Assembly: GCF_902713615.1 (NCBI RefSeq)
Contig: NC_052147.1
Coordinates: 30,802,276 to 30,866,275, forward strand
Source: Scyliorhinus canicula
Lineage: Eukaryota
DNA: 64,000 bases
Reading direction: 5' to 3'
The notes under the pieces were generated by a model. That model was given only the letters and a program-made list of their open reading frames with translations. It made no database searches and was not told the DNA's origin. Below, piece after piece: positions 35,290 to 46,600 of the stretch. A program made the position numbers and the translations under genes. The stretch's first letter is position 1. Each line of letters opens with the position of its first letter.

Positions 35290-38200
35290 ATGCCTTCAGC
35301 TGCCTAGACTTTAAGTTCTGACATTTCCTCCCTTTCCACCTCTCAACTTAGCTTTCTTAAGTCATTCCTTAAAACCTACCTCCTCGATCATGGTTTTGGT
35401 CATCATGCCTAATATATCTCTGCTTTATTATCACCTTGGAATGTTTTGGGATGTTTTATAGTGTTAAGATGTCCAATAAATGTTGTTCAAGAGCCTCTTT
35501 CTTACCTGCCTCAATCTTCACTTGTTCCTGGGCTGCTTCTGTCATTGTTTGTCATGTACTGGTTGTTGTCTGTCACGGGATGTGGGTGACACTGGCTTGG
35601 CCAGAGTTTGTTGCTCATCCCTAATTGTCTTTGAGAAGGTAGCGGTGAGGTGAGCTGTTGCCTTGAATACTGCATTCCCTGTGGTGTAGGTACATCCAGA
35701 GTGCCGTTGGGAATTTTGACCTGGCGACTTAACTGGTTTGTGGGCTTCTTCGACACCATTGAAACTTTATCTTTCAGTTCTTTTACCTTCCTCATTGTTC
35801 AACAGCAGAAATCTTTCCCTTCTTGCTAACCTGCCATGTAGTTTAATTCAATCCACAACACATCGAACAAGGGGAGAAATCAGCCTTCTTTGCAGAATCC
35901 AGGGCAATCTATCGTTCAAGCACATCAAAATATATTGGCACATGAAAGGGCAGATATTGGGTCTTATTCCAGAGCAAGTTCATAACTAAATCTCTCAGAT
36001 AAACAGACCATATAGCACAAACAAAATGGACACAAATCAATTGACGAAGTGTAGCCTTGCCGTATCCAAAAATGGGAGACATTTACAAAGCACCATTATC
36101 CATGTGAGGGTAGAGTTTACTTGTTGACTGCGAGTGGCATTAAATGTTTTAATTGTTTTTCTATTTCTGGTAAATATTATGATCATCAGACTCCTGAATT
36201 CTGAATAACATTTCTAGACTGAGATAGAAGTTAAAGAAAAGCTTTTATTATACAGCAAGGGCCTTTGGGCATTTCCACCCGCTTTTTCCAAACTATTTTA
36301 GAGAATATTTTGACTGTTATTCCTGAAAGACTGTTGTGTTCAGGTTATTGATTGAAGCGCATAATTTTTCCATACACTTCCAATACACTTTCCCAGTCAC
36401 CGAATCTGTTAATGGCATTTTTTTCTTGAACAAATCAATTATTACAAAAATAGAGATGATTGTGATGCTTAATAATCTTGTCACAAGTAGACTTTTTAAA
36501 AATAAATTTAGAGTGCCCAATTCATTATTTTTCTAATTGAGGAGCAATTTAGCATGACCAATCCACCTACCATGCACATCTTTGGGTTGTGGGGGCAAAA
36601 CCCACGCAAACACGGGGAGAATGTGCAAACTCCACATGGACAGTGACCCAGGACTGGGATTGAACCTGGGACCTCGGCATTGTGATGCAGCAATGCTAAC
36701 CACTGCGCCACCATGATGCCTCAAGTAGACTTGCATTAACACTGCAATGAAGTTACTGTCAAAATCCCCTAGTCGCCATACTCCGGCACCTGTTCGGGTA
36801 CTCCTGAGGGAAACTTCAATGTCTTTCGGGACTGTGGGAGGAAACCGAAGCACCTGGAGGAAACCCACACACAGGCTGAGAGAATATGCAGACTCTGCAC
36901 ATAGTGACCCAAGCCTGAATCGTACCCGGGTCCCTGGCGCTGTGAAGCAACAGTGCTATATTGAAAAACCATATTGTTTGAACTTCCATAATGGAAAATG
37001 CATAGCCATGTTGACCAGTTCACTATATAAAATGTATGCTGTGTTTCACAAGCCTCTGTCCTCATCCCGGGTTGTACCCTTGACCACTAGAGGAAGTGGT
37101 CTCCCTAGAGACTCGTTTGCCTCAATCTTCACTTGACAGTTTCTTGCAAGCCTAGATTATATGTAATGTTATCTTTTACGTTCAGTAAGTCACATTGTTC
37201 ACTCTGCTATAGCAGCTGAACAAATTGATTTTTGATTGATCTGAGCCAGTTAAACATTTTCCAATGCCCACATACTTTCACAGATTTCTGCCATACCCTT
37301 CTACTCCATATGAACAATGCCGGAGATCTACCGGTCTTTGGTAACTAGTTTACTAATGCTCAGATCATTTCTTGAATAGTTAGTGGTATATTCTTGTAGG
37401 TGGGACAGCACGGTAGCACAGTGGTTAGCACTGCTGCATCACGGCGCTGATGACCTGCATTCGATCCCGGTCCGGGTCACTGTTCGTGTGGAGTTTGCAC
37501 ATTCTCCCCGTGTCTGCGTGGGTAACCCAAAGATATGCAGAGTAGGTGGATTGGCCTCGCTAAATTGTCCCTTAATTGGAAATTTAAAAAATTCTTGCAG
37601 GTGTAATTTTGTCTATTGCAGGAGTTTTTGTGTCTGGTTAGGTATAGGGGAGATGATGAGCAGCATTCCACTGTGCAAGTACAAGCCTAGCTTGATGAAA
37701 CTGCTGATCTTTATTGTATATTCATGTCTATTTTATGGCGTGATGACCTAGATCTATTTTACACTTGCCATATTCACAGCTTAAACGTTGTGCAGAAATT
37801 GTTCCAGTATACTACTGTAGTATAGATGCAGAGCAGCACTTTATGATGCAGTATTTTAGTGGATTGGAATAGGAAATATTTGTGAATAAAATGAATTTTC
37901 TAGAAATTAAGCTACTTTTAAGGAGAATATTGTATCATGGACCAAGTAGAATGGTAAAATTTGCCGAGGAACCTTCAAGAAATGGAGGAAAAATATTTAG
38001 TATGCAGTTGTGGAAATGTAACATGCATACCACATACTGAATTGCTAGTTATTGAATAAAAAACAAACATATACATTTGTATTGGAGCAAATTTAGTAGC
38101 CCTGTCTGACACTACCATAGTCTGAAGAAATTAAAATGGTATGACACTGGAGAGAACTCTCTGCTTGAGATGAGAAAGGGTTGATTGTTACTCTATTTGT

Positions 38201-38619
38201 TTTTTGTTAACTGATCTGCTGACATAGCATTACTGCGTTTAAACATTAGCAGTTGTATTTACATTTTGACTCCTGGGTGGTGATACCAATGATTTTGTAA
38301 CTCTAATGAAAGGAGGCTGTTTAGCCCATCCATCCAGTGAAAGTGAGGTTTTTGGCTCCACTATCTTAGCCAAAAGATCATTTTGGATATTAACATAAAT
38401 AAATGTGTCCCAGTTCTTATCCTGAATCACCCTTTCACGAGTACGAGCCTGTGCATGTTTGTTCTAGTGATTTGCCTCATCTAAAACAGCTTACCTTGTG
38501 TATATTGTTTCCTGTCTTGTATGTTTGTATAAGGTGCCCTCCCTAAAGAGCTCCACTTTTTCAATCTCAGCTCTTAACTCAATCCTTTGACTCCTAGGAT
38601 CAGCCTCATGGTTTTTCAT

Positions 38620-41565
38620 TGGTGCAGGCGGGAGGGATTCAGATTTCTGGATAACTGGGGCTCTTTCTGGGGAAGGTGGGACCTCTATAGACAGGATGGT
38701 CTACATCTGAACCTGAGGGGCACCAATATCCTGGGGGGGGAGATTTGTTAGTGCTCTTTGGGGGGGTTTAAACTAATTCAGCAGGGGCATGGGAACCTGG
38801 ATTGTAGTTTTGGGGTACGGGAGATTGAGAGTATAGAGGTCAGGAGCACAGATTTGACTTCGCAGGAGGGTGCCAGTGTTCGGGTAGGTGGTTTGAAGTG
38901 TGTCTACTTCAATGCCAGGAGTATACGAAATAAGGTAGGGGAACTGGCAGCATGGGTTGGTACCTGGGACTTCGATGTTGTGGCCATTTCAGAGACATGG
39001 ATAGAGCAGGGACAGGAATGGTCGTTGCAGGTTCCGGGGTTTAGGTGTTTTAGTAAGCTCAGAGAAGGGGGCAAAAGAGGGGGAGGTGTGGCGCTGCTAG
39101 TCAAGGACAGTATTACGGTGGCGGAAAGGATGCTAGATGGAGACTCTTCTTCCGAGGTAGTATGGGCTGAGGTTAGAAATAGGAAAGGAGAGGTCACCCT
39201 GTTGGGAGTTTTCTATAGGCCACCTAATAGTTCTAGGGATGTAGAGGAAAGGATGGCGAAGATGATTCTGGAAAAGAGCGAAAGTAACGGTAGTTGTTAT
39301 GGGAGACTTTAACTTTCCAAATATTGACTGGAAAAGATATAGTTCGAATACATTAGATGGGTTGTTCTTTGTATAATGTGTGCAGGGGGGTTTCCTGACA
39401 CAATATGTTGACAGGCCAACAAGAGGCGAGGCCACATTGGATTTGGTTTTGGGTAATGAACCAGGCCAGGTGTTAGATCTGGAGGTAGGTGAGCACTTTG
39501 GAAACAGTGACCACAATTCGGTGACCTTTACGTTAGTGATGGAAAGGGAAAAGTATACCCCGCAGGGCAAGAGTTATAGCTGGGGGAAGGGCAATTATGA
39601 TGCCATTAGACATGACTTAGGATGTGTAGGTTGGAGAAGTAGGCTGCAAGGGTTGGGCACACTGGATATGTGGAGCTTGTTCAAGGAACAGCTATTGCGT
39701 GTTCTTGATAAGTACGTACCAGTCAGGCAGGGAAGAAGGGGTCGAGCGAGGGAACCGTGGTTTACCAAAGAAGTGGAATCTCTTGTTAAGAGGAAGAAGG
39801 AGGCCTATGTGAAGATGAGGCGTGAAGTTTCAGTTGGGGCGCTTGATAGTTACAAGGAAGCGAGGAAGAATCTAAAGAGAGAGCTCAGACGAGCAAGGAG
39901 GGGACATGAGAAGTCTTTGGCAGGTAGGATCAAGGAAAACCCAAAAGCTTTCTATAGGTATGTCAGGAATAAAAGAATGACTAGGGTAAGAGTAGGGCCA
40001 GTCAAGGACAGTGGTGGGAAGTTGTGTGTGGAGGCTGAGGAGATAAGCGAGATACTAAATGAATACTTTTCGTCAGTATTCACTCAGGAAAAAGATAATG
40101 TTGTGGAGGAGAATGCTGAGACCCAGGCTATTAGAATAGATGGCATTGAGGTGCGTAGGGAAGAAGTGTTGGCAATTCTGGACAAGGTGAAAATAGATAA
40201 GTCCCCGGGGCCTGATGGGATTTATCCTAGGATTCTCTGGGAAGCCAGGGAAGAGATTGCTGAGCCTTTGGCTTTGATTTATATGTCATCATTGGCTACA
40301 GGAATAGTGCCAGAGGATTGGAGGGTAGCAAATGTGGTCCCTTTGTTCAAGAAGGGGAGTAGAGATAACCCCGGTAACTATAGGCCGGTGAGCCTCACGT
40401 CTGTTGTGGGTAAAGTCTTGGAGAGGATTATAAAAGATACGATTTATAATCATCTAGATAGGAATAATATGATTAGGGATAGTCAGCATGGTTTTGTGAA
40501 GGGTAGGTCATGCCTCACAAACCTTATCGAGTTCTTTGAGAAGGTGACTGAACAGGTAGACGAGGGTAGAGCAGTTGATGTGGTGTATATGGATTTCAGT
40601 AAAGCGTTTGATAAGGTTCCCTACAGTCGGCTATTGCAGAAAATACGGAGGCTGGGGATTGAGGGTGATTTAGAGATGTGGATCAGAAATTGGCTAGTTG
40701 AAAGAAGACAGAGGGTGGTAGTTGATGGCAAATGTTCAGAATGGAGTTCAGTTACGAGTGGCGTACCACAAGGATCTGTTCTGGGGCCGTTGCTGTTTGT
40801 CATTTTTATAAATGACCTAGAGGAGGGCACAGAAGGTTGGGTGAGTAAATTTGCAGACGACAATAAAGTCGGTGGAGTTGTAGACAGTGTGGAAGGATGT
40901 TGCATGTTACAGAGGGACATAGATAAGCTGCAGAGCTGGGCTGAGAGGTGGCAAATGGAGTTTAATGTGGAGAAGTGTGAGGTGATTCACTTTGGAAAGA
41001 AAAACAGGAATGCGGAATATTTGGCTAATGGTAAAATTCTTGGCAGTGTGGATGAGCAGAGGGATCTCGGTGTCCATGTACATAGATCCCTGAAAGTTGC
41101 CACCCAGGTTGATAGGGTTGTGAAGAAGGCCTATGGTGTGTTGGCCTTTATTGGTAGAGGGATTGAGTTCCGGAGCCATGAGGTCATGTTGCAGCTGTAC
41201 AAAACTCTGGTACGGCCGCATTTGGAGTATTGCGTACAGTTCTGGTCGCCTCATTATAGGAAGGACGTGGAAGCTTTGGAACGGGTGCAGAGGAGATTTA
41301 CCAGGATGTTGCCTGGTATGGAGGGAAAATCTTATGAGGAAAGGCTGATGGACTTGAGGTTGTTTTCGTTAGAGAGAACAAGGTTAAGAGGTGACTTAAT
41401 AGAGGCATACAAAATGATCAGAGGGTTAGATAGGGTGGACAGTGATAAGCATATGGATGATAATGGCATAGTGTAGGTTAGATGGCCTTTAGTTTTTGAC
41501 TTCCCATGTTGGTGCAACATCGTGGGCCGAAGGACCTGTACTGCGCTGTATCGTTCTATGTTCTA
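38620..41565 (+). mobile_element. Young 5'-truncated CR1 (HER1-like) LINE: ORF1 end, ORF2, 3' tail
   Basis: ORF1 SGNH-like end (RREGFRFLDNW..LYRQDGLHLN), APE endonuclease (YFNARSIRNK, AISETW, GDFN, SDHN), RT (DFSKAFDKV, GVPQGSVLGP, FADD at 40850-40861) and tail ending GTTCTATGTTCTA. Confidence 0.96.
38767..41476 (+). pseudogene. CR1 ORF2 (endonuclease-reverse transcriptase), disabled
   Basis: ORFs 38758-39312 and 39380-41476 are joined by one frameshift (about 39288) and one in-frame TAA (39374-39376). There is also an apparent C-terminal deletion near 41443. Confidence 0.9.
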
Positions 41566-41919
41566 TTGCATCCCCTCCAATGTCTTTTTGAATGTCTTAA
41601 TTGAAGTTGAAAACTGCACTCTGATGCAGCCTGACCTGGATGCTGTGTGTAGTACATACTGAATATCTCATTGCATTTCTACTTCACCTTTATTGCCACA
41701 ACATCTCAAGTATATGCATAAACTTATCTTTAGCTTCAGTGTGTGTACTAACTTGGAGTTATCTGCATCGAATTTCATCTTTTGCTGTTTTGCCCTTTTC
41801 AGATCGCATTCCTCTGTAGATGTCTAGTTACTCTTTGCTCATACTGCAGCTGCTTCCACCGCTGTAGTTATAATCTGAAAATGTGACTACTTTACATTGG
41901 GTTACTGATTTCTTTCTCT

Positions 41920-41921
<2 letters not shown>

Positions 41922-41958
<37 letters not shown>

Positions 41959-41965
41959 ACACACA
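41922..41965. repeat. (CT)n-(CA)n microsatellite
   Basis: Read directly from the sequence. Confidence 0.95.
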
Positions 41966-43970
41966 AATTAACCCTGAACAATTGCTGCTGCTTTTTTCCC
42001 CTTCAGTTAATTTTATATTCATACCCAAGTTTTACCTTAAAGTCTCACTGTTTTGCTTGGCTTCCCATTGTTAATTTGGTGTTTTCCCAAAAATAGAAGG
42101 ATAGGTTCGTCGAGCAGGATCTTTGTCTTCTGAATCCTGTTATTTAACCAATTGATTTTTACATTACCTGTGTCAGCTCTGGTTGTAATCTTTTAAGTTT
42201 TCCTAAGTAAAATTGCATCTTTTTTAGAAGCTGTATTTAATGCTGTTTCTACCTTTCCAAGCTCTATCAACCTTCTGTATATAAATATAAATAAATAAGT
42301 CTTGTAACCACTTCCTTCAATTTCTGGTGATTATCTTAGGTTTATGCCTTAACTTATTTACCTCATCAAAGCAGCAGAAGTCTCCAATCCTGTTTCAGCA
42401 TTGCGTCCCAATTTCTCTAGTATCTTGTAACTAGACTGTCATGTTCCGTCACATTAATCTCTTTTTGCACACAAAAGCCTTGTGCCCACACCTAAAAGTC
42501 AACCCACTATTCTAGTTGGTCTGCCTAATATTCAGTGGTTTGCATTACCTGTTCGCTGCTTTATTTTATATTTATATGTCGTATATATTTAGGATATGTT
42601 GAAGCATTGTTAACTTGCCCTAATTTTTTACATTTGTATTTCTGAATTTCAAAAGTCGCATCTAGTTTATCCTAGTGTATAATTGTTACAAATATTCCAT
42701 AAATAGTTGATTGTGTTTTATGAATTATTGATCTTAGTCTGGTTTGTAGTTGCTTGGATATTGTTTATCCACTTTTATTCCTGAGTATAATGATTATATT
42801 GTTACCCATCAAGTAGGGGTTAGTTAGCCACTTCATCCGGCTAAAATAGCGTGAGTGTGGTGCAGAATGACGCCAACAATGCATGTTCAATCTTTGTACC
42901 GGATGTGGGCGTTCATGGAAGCCTGCCTTCTTGCGTTGCCCCATGCTTGAGCGGAGTGGTGTCCCTCAAGCTATATACCCAATTATTGTTCTGTCTAATG
43001 GAGAATGATGCCCGTGGTCATTTATTGATTACGGCTAATTATCAATTGCATATGGTCTCCCCAGTATTCAAGAACTCCTTCTTGATGGCTATCATAACTT
43101 CACACACTTTCAGAAGAATCGTTTTTTTGCTTGTGTAAATATGAAAAGTTATTAGAAATAAATAACAAAGTACAATGCTGAAAAAAAGACTTTTGTCCAT
43201 TAGACTGATCCTATGTATTCACCAGACTTGCCATATTCCATAAAGATTTCCCCCCTCCCAGCTGCTTATCGAACTCACCCTTGATGCACTCACCCCCATT
43301 GTTTCCATTGGCATTCATTCCATAAGTTCACTATCTTCTCTTGGAAAATTGTTAAAACTAAACTGCCTTATCACCCTCCTAAACTGCCGTATCACCTTCA
43401 TAGCCTTGAAGGCTATGTCCCTTTGTAGAATCTGTGCTCGTTAAACCTATTCACATTTGTACTCTCTACTGTTAGCATCTTGAATACTTCTATAAGACAA
43501 TCGCTCAGCTGTACCTTCATCGTAAGCATTCCCAGTTTTTGAAACTTCTCCTAACTTGGCTATCAATTCAATTGTCCTTGGTGTCATCTCTCTAATGTTG
43601 TTATGTTATCTTTCCTCAATGCAGTGACCAGAATGATACAAGTGCATGGGGTGGGTCAGTGCTGCGTGCTAACTTAATAATCTCCCAACATTTGTGTCCT
43701 ATTCCTCCAGCTTTACTACAAAGATCCTACATGCTGCCTTTAATTCTGCCTAAGCCTATGGTAATAGCTTTAGTGGTTTACCTGTCACTGTCCCTCCAAA
43801 TTGCTCTTGCATCGTGCCCAATGGAACTATGTAATTATTCATTATCTTTTCCCAATCTCACGAATATATATTTGCCAACATTGAATTTTCACTTAAAGTT
43901 GTAAACCTTTGGCATTCTGTACCTCAGAGGAAATTCAAGGCTGCTATTGATGGATTTCTAATGTAGGTTT

Positions 43971-44044
43971 ATTGCTGTGGCATAGTTGGTTAAGGTGCCT
44001 GTCTAGTAAACAGGAGATCCTGTGTTCATATCTCAGCAGTGCCT
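43971..44044 (+). pseudogene. tRNA-Thr(AGT) pseudogene
   Basis: 74 nt collinear with recalled vertebrate tRNA-Thr-AGT (about 12 differences). The anticodon arm CCTGT-CTAGTAA-ACAGG is intact, but the acceptor stem is mispaired and the B-box is damaged (GTTCATATC). Confidence 0.85.
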
Positions 44045-44055
44045 TTGTTTCTTTG

Positions 44056-44364
44056 TGGCGGCACGGCACAGTGGTTAGCACTGCTGCCTCACAGCTCCAG
44101 GTACCTGGGTTCAATTTCGGCCTCGGGTGACTGTGTGGAGTTTGCACTTTCTCCCTGTGAATGTGTGGGTTTCCTCCTGCAGTCCAAAGATGTGCAGGTT
44201 AGGTGGATTAACCATGCTAAATTGTCCCTTAGTGTCCAAAACGGTTAGGTGGGGTTACGGAGATAGGGTGGAGATGTGGGCTTAATTAGGGTGCTCTTTC
44301 CAAGGGCCGGTGCAGACACAATAGGCCGAATGGCCTACTTCTGCACTGTAAATTCTATGATTCA
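44056..44364 (+). mobile_element. HE1-like SINE with second CR1-type tail (…GGCCGAATGGCCT…TTCTATGATTC)
   Basis: A/B boxes plus a tail shared with 7140-7412, 22310-22402 and 62296-62608. Confidence 0.85.
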
Positions 44365-46600
44365 GGACTGAGGGAACTGGTGGATATAGGTTGGGCAGGA
44401 AAGTGCAGTTTAAGGGCAAAGATCATATTAAATAACAGAATCATTAGGCTGTATCGCCTACCCCTATTTCTTGCATTCCTCTGATTTCTGCCACTTTTTC
44501 AGTACTGTGTAATTCATACTTTAAAACTGTCCAAGGGGAATGTTTTTTGTCACTAAATTGGCTAGCTCAATTATCTCATTTTAAACAGTTAATCACCTCT
44601 GCTTTTGCTTTGACAAGGAGAGCTGTATTTATCTTGGCTTGATTGGAAGAATGGTATTCGTATGAAAAACTTCAGCTAGGTGGCTAGAGAAACTTTGGTT
44701 CTCCTTGGAACAGAGAACAGATACTCAGTGAGGACAAAACTTCCTAGTGGCAGTAGAATTATTAATCCGAGGGTACTGATTTAGGTAATTGGCTCAAGAA
44801 TTTCAGAGGTGTTATGAGAATGTTTCAATGCGGAGAGCTATGATCTAAAATGTATTGCCTGAAGGGGCAGATGCAACAGTAACTTTCAAGAAGAATTTGG
44901 AAAAATACTAAGTGGTAAAGTTTGCAGGGCTATTGGGAACAGTGGATAGCTATGGGGGACAGTGTGGGGGTAAAATAAATTGAAGTCCGGTTCAATAATG
45001 ATCTAATAAAATAGTGGATCAGGTTTAAGGGATTGAATGGTTTACTCTATGCTGACCTGGGTGTGATATGCATGTGTCTTTTGTGGCGATGGGGTGGGGA
45101 GGGAGTCGTGGCTGAATCTAATGCTGTCTGCTTGCTGCACTGATGTGCTATATGATGTGCATTTCACAAGTGGTTTCTAGAGAGCAGTGGGGCACTTGAG
45201 GTTAATTGTAATCCCCTGACTGCTGCCTTGCCTCTGCTCGCTGAAATCAACACTGAGGGAATTGAATCTGTGGCCAACTTGGTGAACAGCTACGATATTG
45301 GCAAGGTTAGCCTGTTCAATGGAATGAAGTTATTAATTGAAAATTTAAGTACTTTTGGTGAAGAAAGTCTAAATGAATATACTTTAGAACACACCTTGGC
45401 TCTGGAGCTGTTTATTGACTTGATTGAAAGCATCTCATCCTTGTATCAGTCTGTAAAGGTTGATCATTTACTGGAAGGCAACTTGAAACAATTCATGCTA
45501 ACCTTGTATAAATTTATTTTGAGGCCATGTTTGAAACATTGTGCACAGTTTGACTCACAGCCAACAAGAGGGTTACATGGAAGAGAACCAGTGATGTTTG
45601 AAGAAACTAGGGCTCAGCGACATGGCACATTTCTCCACTATGACTTTTAAAAAATAAATTTAGAGTACCCAATTCATGTTTTCCAATTAAGGGAAAATTT
45701 AGCATGTTCAATCCAGCTACCTTGCACATCATTGGGTTGTGGGGTGAAACCCACGCAAACACGGGGAGAATGTGCAAACTCCACATGGACAGTGACCCAG
45801 AGCTGGGATCGAACCTGGGACCTCGGCGCCGTGAGACTGCAGTGCTACTACTGCGCCACCGTGCTGCCCTCTCTCCACTATGACTTTACTAACATATAGA
45901 TTTATTGGGAAAAAAAATCTGAGCTAATTATTTTTATAACTATTAAGCATTAACTGAAAATCTGTGATGGTCATGAATGGCGGAGTAGGCGTGGAAGAGC
46001 CGAATGGCTGCCTCCTGCTTCTATTTTCTATGTATGTTTCTATGTAATCCCTGGTTGCTGAATTCTGGTGGAATAGTGCATTTCCATCAGGCTGTGAAAT
46101 GTGCAAAGTATGTCACTTTAAGGTTGGAGTTGGTAGGTAGGTAAAATTGAATAAAATCAGAAAATTGCCATTCCAGTTAGATTGCATATAATTGAGAATA
46201 TGCCCCTCAAACTGTGCAAATACTCTACTTTAAACCAGAAATTGCTATTTATTTAGCATTTGAGCTGTGGTGGGACTCCTTGCATTACTAGTGAGCAACT
46301 GAAGAATTGTCAGTAATATTTCTAATCCATTAATTTATTCACTGGAGGTTGGTGTCTCATTTATTGCTCATCTGTGGTTGCCCAGAAAATGTGGTGGGGG
46401 CAACTCTCTAAATCGCTGCAGTTTGTCTGAATTTGCTCTTGTTTTGAGAATTGCAGGGTTTTGACGCCCCTGACCCCTCCTTCAGCTCCTTGATTATTTA
46501 TTTTTGGAATGTTATTAGCGAAGACTAATGCACAGTACTTGTTCAACTCCTCTGCCATTTCCTGGTTCCCATTATTATTTCCCCGTTTCATTCTCAAAGA

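Larger units (their letters stand above)
34690..35490 (+). mobile_element. Degenerate L2 LINE 3' end
   Basis: Remnants resembling L2 'IQN...SPI.P.LAELLWLPV' and 'SFLKTYLLDHGF', plus an L2-like tail. Interrupted by a CR1 tail and a Penelope-like insert. Confidence 0.55.

Noticed and set aside
39380-41476. 698-aa RT ORF as an active or domesticated gene
   Set aside because: It is a 5'-truncated CR1 with an upstream frameshift and stop, and a deleted C-terminus.
43971-44044. Functional tRNA-Thr gene
   Set aside because: The acceptor stem is mispaired, the T-loop/B-box is mutated and there is no T4 terminator, so it is called a pseudogene.
45228-45650. 140-aa ORF as a host exon
   Set aside because: It starts at a non-ATG codon, shows no B56 similarity, and its end (LYKFILRPCLKHCAQF) is a decayed CR1 C-terminal motif.
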